Shown in pieces: positions 48,029 to 60,184 of a stretch of DNA of 64,000 bases (positions are counted from its first letter, which is position 1; the number at the start of each line of letters is the position of its first letter). The notes under the pieces are model-generated. The model had not been told where the DNA came from and searched no databases. It saw nothing but the letters and a program-made list of their open reading frames with translations. Position numbers and translations under genes: made by a program. Source of the stretch: Octopus bimaculoides (taxonomy: Eukaryota); the NCBI RefSeq assembly GCF_001194135.2, contig NC_068983.1, positions 161,708,875 to 161,772,874 of the forward strand, written 5' to 3'.

Positions 48029-51000
48029 GAAATGGCCTAGAAAGGAGTCATTCCATTGTTGCTCCATCGATCCTTTCATCATCACCCTGGACACAAGAAG
48101 AAAGAGCAGAGAATTACATGTGACAGTATGAACTGGGCAGTGGAAACTGCTTTTCAGGTGCTGAAATGGCTAGGCTACATGTGGGTCTGGGAGTTGGGTT
48201 TCATGACAATGCAAGTGGCAACCTAACATATAGATATAACCTGTCAATGATAATTAAGTGCAGCCCCTAGAGGTATCACTTTAGTTATGGGTGACATTTC
48301 ATTGATCAGTATTCTTGCTGCAGTCATCCTGTTTTTATTCCAAGACTGTTTTTCATTTCAAAATATTGTAAAGAGTTTCTTTGGAGAAATGCAATTGTTA
48401 AGCAATCTGGGATGTTATCTAGCAATTCCGTTATTGACTCGCATCCTAATATCATTGGAAGATAAAGTTATTTAATGTTTATTTAGTTTGTTGTTGTTGT
48501 TTATTTCCTTCACCACAAATTAGTTTTAATTCCAGTTCCAACAACTCGTATGTGTCTTGGTTGATGTTACCGATTTTCATTATGGTTTCATTGTAGAGAT
48601 TCTGAAGACGAATATAGTGATGATGATGACATGAGTTGGAAGGTACGACGGGCAGCAGCCAAATGTCTTGATGCCATTATTGGAACCTGGCATGAAATGT
48701 TACCCGATTTTTACAAAAACCTCTCTGCTGCTCTCATTGCCAGATTCAAAGGTAACAGTATTGTATCCTGAGTTTTTCAATTCAAAGGACAATGGCACCA
48801 CACACTGTAACACTAAGTTTAGTCAACCTCACTTAAATTCTAAGTTTAGGTCTTGTTACTTTATGCTTTATCCTCCATCGTTCAATAAAATAAGTACCTC
48901 TGTTATGCTAATGATATTAAATTTAGGTTTCCTTTATATAAAAATTGCCATTGTTTTTAATCTAAAGGAACCAAAATTTATTCATGTAAATTTTGATCCT
49001 AATTTCATGTCTTAAATTGTCTGCAGAGGCTGGTTGCTATAAATTGTGTATTTTGACAATGTATGTCTTTTATTTTCTCATGAAGAAAATATATTCCAGT
49101 TTTAAGCAGTTGAAATGTTACATTTTCTAAAGCATCATCTTTCACAACTAAAAAATTAGAATTTTCTAAGGAATAAATATTTGTCTGTTATAAAAATATA
49201 CAAGTTAATTTTTGTTTTTTAATTCAGAAAGAGAAGAAAATGTGAAAGCTGATATCTTTCATGCTTACATCACATTACTTCGTCAGACCAAACCTGTTGT
49301 CTCATCCGGACCAGACTCCATGGATCATGAAGAGGGGTGAGTTATAAATTCACCATAAAACACACATCTGACACTTTGTTATTATTATTATTAAGGTAGT
49401 GAGCTGGCAGAATCGTTAGCACACTGGACGAAATGTTTAGCGGTATTTCACCTGTCGCTACATTCTGAGTTCAAATTCCACCAAGGTTGACATTGGCTTT
49501 CATCCATTCAGGGTCAATGGATTAAGTACCAGTGGAACACTGGGGGGCGATGTAATTGACTGCCCCCCCCCCTCCCCCACAATTTCAGGCCTTGTGCCTA
49601 TGGTCATCATCATCATCATCATCGTTTAACGTCTGCTTTCCATGCTTAGTTGGTCGATATTTTCTCGCTTCTATCAGCTGCAATGTTCTGTGTCCAGCAC
49701 CCATGCCAGTGCCACATAAAAAGCACCCAGCACACTCTGTAGAATGGTTGGCTTTTAGAAGGACATCCAGCCATAGAAACTGTGCCAAAACAGACGATTG
49801 GAGCCTGGTGCAGCTCTCTGGCTTGCCAATGCCTGTCAAATTGTCCAACCCATGCCAGCACAGAAAACAGACATTAAATGATGATGATGATGATTACTTG
49901 GCTGCATATTCGTTGTGCAGCCTCATGGCAAGAAAATGTCTTCTCATTTGAGAGAAAAGTTAGAGAACATAATTATAAAGTTATACTAATGTAATGACAT
50001 TCATTCATTTATTTCTGAGTATTTTTCATGTTGTGAATTGATTATTTTTAAGGTTTTTAGAAATTGCTTTCAAAAATCTTTAAATCAATTTTATCTCTTT
50101 CAGTCCAGTAGCAATGTTACAGGCTCAGGTTCCCAGTATTGTGAAAGCGATTCATAAACAAATGAAAGAGAAAAGTGTGAAAACTCGTCAAGGTTGCATT
50201 GGTTTGTTGATGGAGTTAGTTCAGGTGTTACCTGGTGCATTGACTAATCACATGCTAGCACTTATTCCTGGTATATTGTACTCTTTCAGGTAACTATACC
50301 TTTATTTTTGTTGATGTCTATTCTTTATTATCTTTTACTGTTGTGGAGGCGCAATGGCCCAGTAGTTAGGGCAGCGGACTCGCGGTCATAGGATCACGGT
50401 TTCGATTCCCAGACCGGGCGTTGTGAGTGTTTATTGAGTGAAAACACCTAAAGCTCCACGAGGCTCCAGCAGGGGATGATGGCGAACCCTGCTGTACTCT
50501 TCCACCACAACTTTCTCTCACCCTTACTTCCTGTTTCTGTTGTGCCTGTAATTCAAAGGGTCAGCCTTGTCACACTGTCACGCTGAATATCCCCGAGAAC
50601 TACGTTAAGGGTACACGTGTCTGTGGAGTGCTCAGCCACTTGCACGTTAATTTCACGAGCAGACTGTTCCGTTGATCGGATCAACTGGGACCCTCGACAT
50701 CGTAAGCGACGGAGTGCCAACAACAACAACATATCTTTTACTGTTCCAAGGCAGCGAACTGGCAGAATCGTTAGCACGCTGGATGAAATGCTTAGAAGTA
50801 TTTCATCTGTCTTCACATTCTGGGTTCAAATTCCGCCGAGGTCGACTTTGCCTTTCGTCTTTTCGGGGTCGATGTAATTGACTCATCCCCACTGTCCCCA
50901 AATTTCAAGCCTTGTGCCTATAGTAGAAAGAATCATCTTTTACTATTCTGTCATTGGAGTGTGGCTCTGTTGGGGTAGCACCATTAAAGTTTTTCTTCAA

Positions 51001-51844
51001 TCGTATTTATTCAAGTAGTTATTTCAACTTGGGATTTATTTTAAGAATTTCTAAGCACCCATTCCGGTGCTATGTAAAAGGCACCCCTGCAGACACCACA
51101 TAAAAGAACCCCCCATGCCATTGCTACATAAAAAGCACACATACTGGTGCCACATAAAAATCACCCAGAACACTCTGAGTGGTAGGCATTAGGAATGGCA
51201 TCCAGCCATAGAAACCATGCCAAGTCAGATGACTGGGGCCTGGTGTAACCCTTTAGCTTGCCAGCTCCTGTCAAATCATGTAACCCATGCCAGCATGGGA
51301 AACGAACATTAAATGATGATGATGATGATGATGAATCAAACATCTAAGTTATGGTTTTCATATAAAACAACACAAGATATTTTCCCATCGTACTACATAG
51401 TGGAGTTTGAACCTGGAACCACAGGACTGCAAATTCTTAGTTTTTATAGTAGGTTTTTTTTCTTCTTTTCTTTTGCTTTAATTACCTTTAAATTATCAGT
51501 TGAGCTTAAGCTAACTTTTCTTTTTGTTTTAAATTTATTGACAGTATTTTTTTTTTATTAAAACTCTTAAATTTATTTTTTATTAATATTTGTTATTAAA
51601 GTTCAAATTTATTATTAATGTAACTTTTTAGTGTATTTTCATTATTTTCTTCTTTTTTTTTTCCCCCCTGACAATCGTCATTCAGTGATCGAAGCTTCAG
51701 TTCCAATATGAAGATAGATACCCTTGCATTTCTGAATAGCTTAATGGTCAACCACAGTCCAGTTGTTTTTCATCCTCACATTGCAGTCCTTGTACCGGTA
51801 AGTAATACCATTTTTAATAAATTACGGTATATGTAAACAAAGTT

Positions 51845-51891
<47 letters not shown>

Positions 51892-54800
51892 CTTTTCTCC
51901 AGAAGTGCTGAGATGTATTTAAATATACAGATATGAAAATATTTTATTCTCAAATGCATAGTAATAATGCTGGGTAGCATAAATAGGCTAGAACATCTTT
52001 ATATTGCTATTCAGCATTATTATTATGCATTTGAGAATAAAATATTTCCATATCTGTATAATTCAATACATCTCAATGCTTCTGAAAAAAAAAAAAACGC
52101 AATCTTTGTTTGTTTACATATGGTGTCTATAAAAGCTAAATTTATAAGTTCAAAAATTAGAGAAGAATTTGTTAGTGGGCAGTTTAGCTTAAAAGTAAAG
52201 CACTATGACCGGTAATCACAGAGATGTGAGTTCGAGTCTCATGGCTGGCTGCTAACAAATTTTTTTTGCAATATAAGGATGTTCTATTTTATTTATGCTA
52301 TTCTGCATTATTATTATGCATTTGAGAATAAAATATTTCCATATCTGTACATTTTTAATAAATTATTTACCATTAATAAATACTTATTGAAGCTGATGCC
52401 AACAAAATTCTCAACTACCTCCCCACCTCCTGTGACATTACCCCACCACCACCATCTGACTTTGGATTCCTTGCTACACTTGTCTATTTCTCCCTTGTCT
52501 TCCTTCTCTCCATACTTACCCTTATAATGCAAGATTGTCCTAGACGCCACCCTCTACATAATCCACCTTATCACTGTCTTTCACTTTTTCACTAACCCCT
52601 TTTCTTCACCCCTATTTCTTTCCAGAATCCCTGCCAATAATCTCTACTCTTTTATTCTCTCTCTCCTGCCACACTCTCTCAACTCTGTTTCTTTCATCTT
52701 TCTTTTTCTCATCATCCCATCTTCTCCCTCTTCCTATTTTCCTTGAGTTTTAGGGCCATCTCAGCTTTTGCAACTTGCAAAGCAGCCTAGCTATTGCTGA
52801 TGCCACAAATAAAAAGTATCCAGTCCACTCTAAAAAGTGGTTGGTGTTAGGAAGAGTCTTCTGCTGTAGAAACCTTTCTAAAACAGACATTGGGGGGGGG
52901 GGGGAAGCAGTCGTCATTGGATCCTGTCAAACCATCCAACCCATTCCAGCTTGGAAAATGAATGTTTGATGATGATCAACATTTGACAAAAGATTGTCTT
53001 TTAGCCTAAAAGAAGGGGAAAAAAATCAGTTTATCAGTTTGCAAAAAATGTTTCCTGTTTTTAAAAATATTCTTTGACCAAAACTTACTGATGCCACCTA
53101 AGTTTATTTGATGGGATTTTAGCCCATTGTTTTTATTACTTAGAAGAAGCAAAAATCTCATTTGACATCTCCCTTTTAAAGTGGTTGTCAAAAACAAAAA
53201 CCAAGTTAAATTCTCGCAGTTAACTATCTTGTAACTCCTTTGCTGTTAATGCTAATTTCTATGGCACGTCTATTAATTATATATTTCTTTGCCATATCTG
53301 TGTCTGAAATTCTTCAGAACTGTAAAATATCATCATCATCATCATTGTTTAACATCCGCCTTCCATGCTGGCATGGGTGGTGATATATTAGATTCAATCC
53401 TTATGGCGCCTTAGGCAGAATTTAAAGATTTCTTGTCTTTTAGCCTAGAACTATCAATTTGTTGCCAGAGTCCATTGATGTTGACGTTATACTGAGAGAG
53501 ATTTGAACTTACTTGAGTAATCTAATGAAACATGTGTTGATGTTGTTTATAGCAACAGACTCAATTACTTCTAGCTTGGAGTAATGAACCATTGAGATTT
53601 TATGTCTTCATAACGAGATACAAGTCATCTGCCCTTCACTTGGTAGGGTCAGTTCTGTAATGGAGGCATGTGGCTAGGGTATTCAGCTGATGTTTGTGAG
53701 TTTGAATTCCAGTGGCATGGTGTCTCCTTGAGCAAGACGCTTTATTTCACATTGCTCCAGTCCGCTCAGCTGGAAAAAGTGAGTGTATATGTTATTCAAA
53801 GGGGGCCAGCCTTGTCACACTGAATCTCCCTGAGAACTACATTAAGAGTACACATCTCAATAGAGTGGTCAGTCACTTGCAGGCTCTTCTGTTAATTAGA
53901 TCACCTGGAACCCTCGTCATCTTATTTAATAGAGTGCCAGGGTCAGTTCTTTATATAGAGTAATTCGGACTCAAGACAAGTACAAAATCAAATTATGGAT
54001 ATCCATAACATAGAAAGGCCCATCAATAATTGAGAGCTCTTTTAAAATAATAGTTTCCCCCTTACACAAAGTAAGTTCAACTAATCGTCAATTGTTTTGC
54101 TTTCTTTGTAGCAGATGAATACTTGTTATTCATTGACCTTTAATAAATTTTACTAGAAAGATTTCTCAAATTGTGATTATATGTATAATTATTTCTATCA
54201 ATGGCATAACACACACATCAAACTGATATTTGTTTTTTTTTTTTATGAATTGTCTAGATAACATTAATTCATCTCGTCCAGATAAATAGCACTAAAATAT
54301 GGTTTTGGTCTTTTCATTGCAGCCAATCATTGCTGCTGTAAATGATACATTTTACAAAATCACATCTGAAGCTTTGTTGGTTATGCAGCAACTGGTGAAG
54401 GTCATAAGGCCTTTAGGTTAGTTACAGATTTTTCTTTTGCCCTCTGCCTCTCGATGAATAGTTGTTGTATTGTTGTGGAATGGCCCTTTATTTATTCCTG
54501 ACACCATTTACCATGGATTATTTCAGATGTTCCATGTAGTTTCAATTTTGAGCCATATGTCAAAGACTTATATGGTTGTGTGTTATGTCGTTTAAAAGCT
54601 GCAGACATTGATCAAGAAGTCAAAGAACGAGCCATCACTTGCATGTAAGAACATTTCTTTATTTTATTTTGTGTGGTGGCTTTTGCTTTTTTTTTTTTTT
54701 TTTTTTACTATTTGTACTGTTTCTTCCGTATGAGTTCCCAATATTTCCCCTGTTCAATGGAAATATCAGAAATTAATTAGTATGTATTATTGATCTTTAA

Positions 54801-55851
54801 ATGTCTGTATTGGTGTAAGTAAAACATAAATAATTTAATTAAAGTGATGCTAATTACATTTACCCAGGGGTCAAATAATCCGTAACCTTGGAGACAGTTT
54901 AACAGAAGAATTGAAAACTTGTTTGCCAATCCTGTTGGAGCGCCTTAAAAATGAAATAACACGGTTAACTGCTGTCAATGCACTAACGATGATTGCTGGG
55001 TAAGTTTTGTTTACTTTTGTCTTTGATTAAATAATTTTGAATTTAATGGCTTACACTGACAGTTTTCACTGCACAGTGGAGGTCTTTCCACATTTGAGTC
55101 TATTTCATCATCGTTTAACGTCCGCTTTCCATGCTAGCATGGGTTGGACGATTTGACTGAGGACTGGTGAAACCGGATGGCAACACCAGGCTCCAGTCTG
55201 ATTTGGCAGAGTTTCTACAGCTGGATGCCCTTCCTAACGCCAACCACTGAGAGTGTAGTGGGTGCTTTTACGTGTCACCCGCACGAAAACGGCCACGCTC
55301 AAAATGGTGTCTTTTATGTGCCACCCGCACAAGCCAGTCCAGGGGCGCTGGCAACGATCTCGCTCGAAAATCCTACAGGAGCCAGTCAGTCTATTTGAAC
55401 ATGTTAAATATAATTCATCATCATCATCGTCGTTTAACATCCGCTTTCCATGCTAGCATGGGTTGGACGATTTGACTGAGGACTGGTGAACCAGATGGCT
55501 ACACCAGGCTCCAATCTGATCTGGCAGAGTTTCTACAGCTGGATGCCCTTCCTAATGCCAACCACTCTGAGAGTGTAGTGGGTGCTTTTATGTGCCACCG
55601 GCATGAAGGCCAGTCAGGTGGTACTGGCAACGGCCATGCTCGAAATGGTGTATTTTACGTGCCACCTGCGCAGGAGCCAGTCCAGCGGCACTGGCAACGC
55701 TCTTGCTCGAATGTCTTTACATGTGCCATGTTTGACCACGTTAAAAATATTTGTATGCACATATTTGAATCATCACTGCTTAGTGTGCCATTCTTATTCA
55801 TTCCAGCTTGACAAAGCTTTGCACACACCAGCAAGTGTGTTTTTTTTCTTT

Positions 55852-55906
<55 letters not shown>

Positions 55907-58900
55907 TTTAAAAATAAGGACACCAGTTCTTAGTGGACTATACACAATGGAGTCAGTGTCCTTAGCTGATGAAGCATAATGACATAGAGACATGTTCTGC
56001 AGTCTGATGATGTCATTTATAGCCCAGTAGTGTGTTTTTCAAACATTGTCTATAACGAGAATTTCTCTCTAGAAACAGTTTCTGCAGCAAAGGCCTTACC
56101 ATGTTGGAGTCTACATGAACACTAAATATAATTGAACACACCTATATTTCAACCATTGCTGCTCAGTGTGCTTGTTATATGTATACAGTTGCAAGCAAAA
56201 AAAGGAGAACAATTAATATTTTTTTAAATTCTGTGGAGGTGAGGGCATGGCTGTGTGGTTAAGAAGTTTGTTTTCTAATCACATGGTCTTAGGTTCAGTT
56301 CCAGTATGTAGCACCGTGGGCAAGTTTCTTCAACTATAGCCCTGAGCTGACCAAAGCCTTGTTGAGTGGAGTTGGTAGATGGAACCTGAAAGAAACCCTT
56401 TGTGAGAATGCCGTTTGCTTGCAGTCTGCCATGAAAGCCTGTCTGGGCTGTTTGTTGTTTGCTAGACATTATTACCTCCTTTGGAAACAAATGGACGTTA
56501 GTGACAGGAAAGACATCAGGATGTGTAAAACTTTGCCCCAACATACTCTTGTCTAACCCATGCAAACATGGAAAAGTAGATGTTAAAATGACGAGGGTGA
56601 TGATTGCCTAGAGTAGCTGGAGTTAAACTTAAAAGTAATGTAAAAGAAGTGATTGTGATATTTGTTGGGGAAATATTGTGGAAGTTAAGATATGTCAAAA
56701 ATAGATGGTCCAATATCTTTTCTAGCATTTTTTTGTTATATTTCGGAATGGTCTTTTTTTTTCTTTTTTTTCTGCCAAATAAACACACACTATATATTGT
56801 TTTCTTCACGCGTTTATTACTGTTCTTATTTTATTATCTTAACTCATGTCCATTGTCCAGAAATCTTTCGTCACACATCTGTGACCTCTTCAGCAACAGT
56901 TTTCATGTGTATTCTTGCTCCACTTACTCCATTCTGTTCTTCTAAGGTGTGTATCCTTAAGTGCGCATGCGTTTGTGTCCTTGTTTGTGTGTGTGTATGT
57001 CATAGATTTTAGCCACAGTGGGGCCTTCCCCTCAGCAGCCCCTTCCTCTCATCCTATTGTGCTGCTGCTGTCCTAAGACCCAAAAAATATGGTACAGTTC
57101 CTGTATTCTTCTGTGTTAGTGTATTCGCCCACAGTGTTGTCATTGTGGTAGTTGTTGTTACTGCTGCTGCTGTTGTTAACTGTGTTGTTGACATTGTTGC
57201 GGTCATCCATGAAATTTCTTGTGTGTGTGTGTGTGTGTATGGGTTCACTTTGTATGTATCCATGCCCTTTATATAGTTTTTTTTTCTTATGCAATTATTT
57301 ATATTTTCCCCCCCAATTTTATATTCTCTAAACTTTTACTTTCAGTTCACCCTTAAAAATTGATTTACGTCCAATTTTGGTAAGTTCTGACAATTTTCTG
57401 CTACCAAGTTCTTGTTCTTTGTTGCTTTACCTGTAAATGTTTAGCCAAAATAGTTGTTAACTTCAAAAATGTTATTATTTTAAGGAAGAAGCTATACCAA
57501 TTCTTGCAACTTTTCTGCGGAAGAATCATCGCGCTTTGAAACTGAAAACGTTGGCATGCCTTGATGTTCTTGTAAAACATTATGGTAAGTGATCCAAATG
57601 GTCTTTCATAAATATTTTCAGTGAATAAAGAATGTCTTAGGTTATATGTAGGATCCTTTTTTGAGATTTAAGTAAATGTATTTAACCAAAAGGTTTGGAA
57701 ATACATTTGATTTCATTGTTTAGAGTTAAAAATTTAGATTCCTGTTCAATAAATATGGATGTTGTAAAGATATTTTATATTTCTCTGTTAACTTCATAAG
57801 TGTACAAATATAACTGGTTCAATGAGGATGTCTAGTTTGTCAAAAAATATGCCTAAAGTTGTCCCTATCCTTAACCTAACATAAGACTCCTTACTGCAGG
57901 CTAACATTCAATTTTTAATCAATTTAACTTTAAGAGTTGTCTCTCAGAACTTTAATTAATTAAAATGATTTTTAACTCACTACATTATATATGGGGACAT
58001 ATATACTGGTCTAGTCCACAACACAGTATGAAGTACCCTCACTGAAGGAGTCCTCTACATAACTGATAGACTTGAATTATAGATATTAAGAGAATTACAG
58101 TAGAATTCCGGCATAGAGATGATTTTGACCAAAAAAAGCTTTTTTTTGTTTTTCCTTACTGCTATCATTGTGCAAATGAAGGGAGATAAACCTGAAACCG
58201 TCATTTGTTAAGAACATCTCTAGTTCTGTTTATTTGATAATGTCTGGAATAAATGATTAATAGTAATGAAGGGTGAAGTGGATGAGTGTGGCAGAATGTT
58301 GGAACATACAGTTTCAAAGGCTATTGAAGGGTCTGATTTATGATAAATAAATTATTACAAACACTACATGGCAATTAAGAATAGATAAAAACAGTTTTAT
58401 GGGCGCCAGAACTAGTTTTCTCAGTCCTTAATAGTGAAGAGGCATTAAAATTCATGTTTAAGAAATCTTAAAGAGGAAAACTTTATTTCTTCTTCAGGTG
58501 TTTATTTGACTCCAGACATGATCGGCAACATGATGGAAGAAATGCCTCCACTAATAAATGAAAATGATCTGCATGTGTCGCAAGTAAGTCAGCTTTTCTT
58601 ATTTTGTTAGTTGTAAAAGAATAACCTCTGTAAAATAAATGTTTGTTTCTTTTTCTTCCTTTTCTCTCTTTCCTCTTCCTTTTCTCTCTTTCCTCCTGCG
58701 TCTGTAGAATGAAAAGTGTTCTGACTGTTCTTTAATGGTAAGTGTGATAGTGCAGATGATGTGTGAAGGTTAGAGAGGAACGGGGTCAGTTTGCTTCACT
58801 GATGTGTAATGATGGTGTTGTATGAAGACCAGTGCAGAGATGAGCTGAGAGAGGACCTGGGTATAAGACCACAGTGTATTGGTATTGACATGTGATGTGG

Positions 58901-60145
58901 ACAAAGAATGATGGAGGAAAGACGACCAAGTTGAGTTGTGTATTGCTGGAAATTAAAACACACAAAATCTGACTGAAAACAAAATTGCTGCCATGTTTTC
59001 TATTTATGATAATTTGTAATATAATTAATTTTAGTAATTTAATTGGTTAAATGAATTAAAACACGCATTTTTTTTTTGTAATTTCAGCTGACACTAAATC
59101 TTCTGACATCCATCTTACATATACATCCTCCATCCATGACTAACATCCAAGAAAAGATGTTACCCCAGATCTTGTTATTAGTCCAGTCACCTTTGTTACA
59201 AGGTGGGGCCCTAGACTCAATACTCGAATTCTTTCAGGCTCTTGTCAATGCCGACTTACCAAAACTTGCATCCAGAGATCTACTTTTGGTAATTATCATT
59301 TCGTTATTATTTACTTATTGTTCGTAGCATTCTTTGTTGTAAATTGATTGGAGTTAAATTTGTCTAAATATCAAAGTTTGAAGACTTAACAGAATTGCAT
59401 TTATCATAAATGGAATGCATTTTGATGGATGCACTTTAAGCATTTGAACCAGCCATATTTGGCCTAAATTTATGGAGAAAATGACCAGATCTGGCCTCTC
59501 CCACCTATTCTACTATGTAATTCTAAAAATAAACTATCACATCATTGAAATCTGAAAGCTATGAAGTAAGGCATGATTAATTCAAAGCAAAGAGAATAAA
59601 ATAGTACATTTGACAGAATAATATGAATGCTAAAGGGTTAAAATATATTAGTTGCTAGAAACAAAACTGGTCCTAATGTTTGTGTGGAGATTTACGCTTT
59701 TGGTCAGCTGTCTTCTTGTCCATTTCAGTTTGAAACTATTTCCTTACATTACTGATAGCCTTTAGAAAGGAATCAATGTTTCATCCTCTGTGTGTGTATC
59801 ATCATTATCATTTTACGTCTGCTTTCCATGCTGGGATGGGTTAGACAGTTTGACTGGAACTGGTAAATCAGAGAGCTGCACCTGGTTCCTGTCTGATTTA
59901 GCTTGGTTTCTACAGCTGGATGCCCTTCCTAACGCCAACCACTCCGAGAGTGTAGTGGGTGCTTTTACGTGCCACTGGCACGAGAGCCAGTCAGGCAGTC
60001 CTGGCATCGATCATGTTCAGATAGTGCTTTTTCCATGCCACCGGCACAGGAGCCAGTCGGGCAGGCCTGGCATCGGTCACGTTCGGATAATGCTTTTTAC
60101 GTGCCACCAGCATAAGAGCCAGTCAGCCAGTCAGAGGGAACTGGC

Positions 60146-60184
<39 letters not shown>

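Noticed and set aside
50348-50420. tRNA gene
   Set aside because: A and B boxes are present but there is no acceptor stem, and it continues into a SINE body with tail and TSD.
55966-56005. CTGATGA...GAGACATGTT as a hammerhead or C/D snoRNA
   Set aside because: No pairing stem II, broken GAAA, and no terminal stem; TGATGA is very common in this window.
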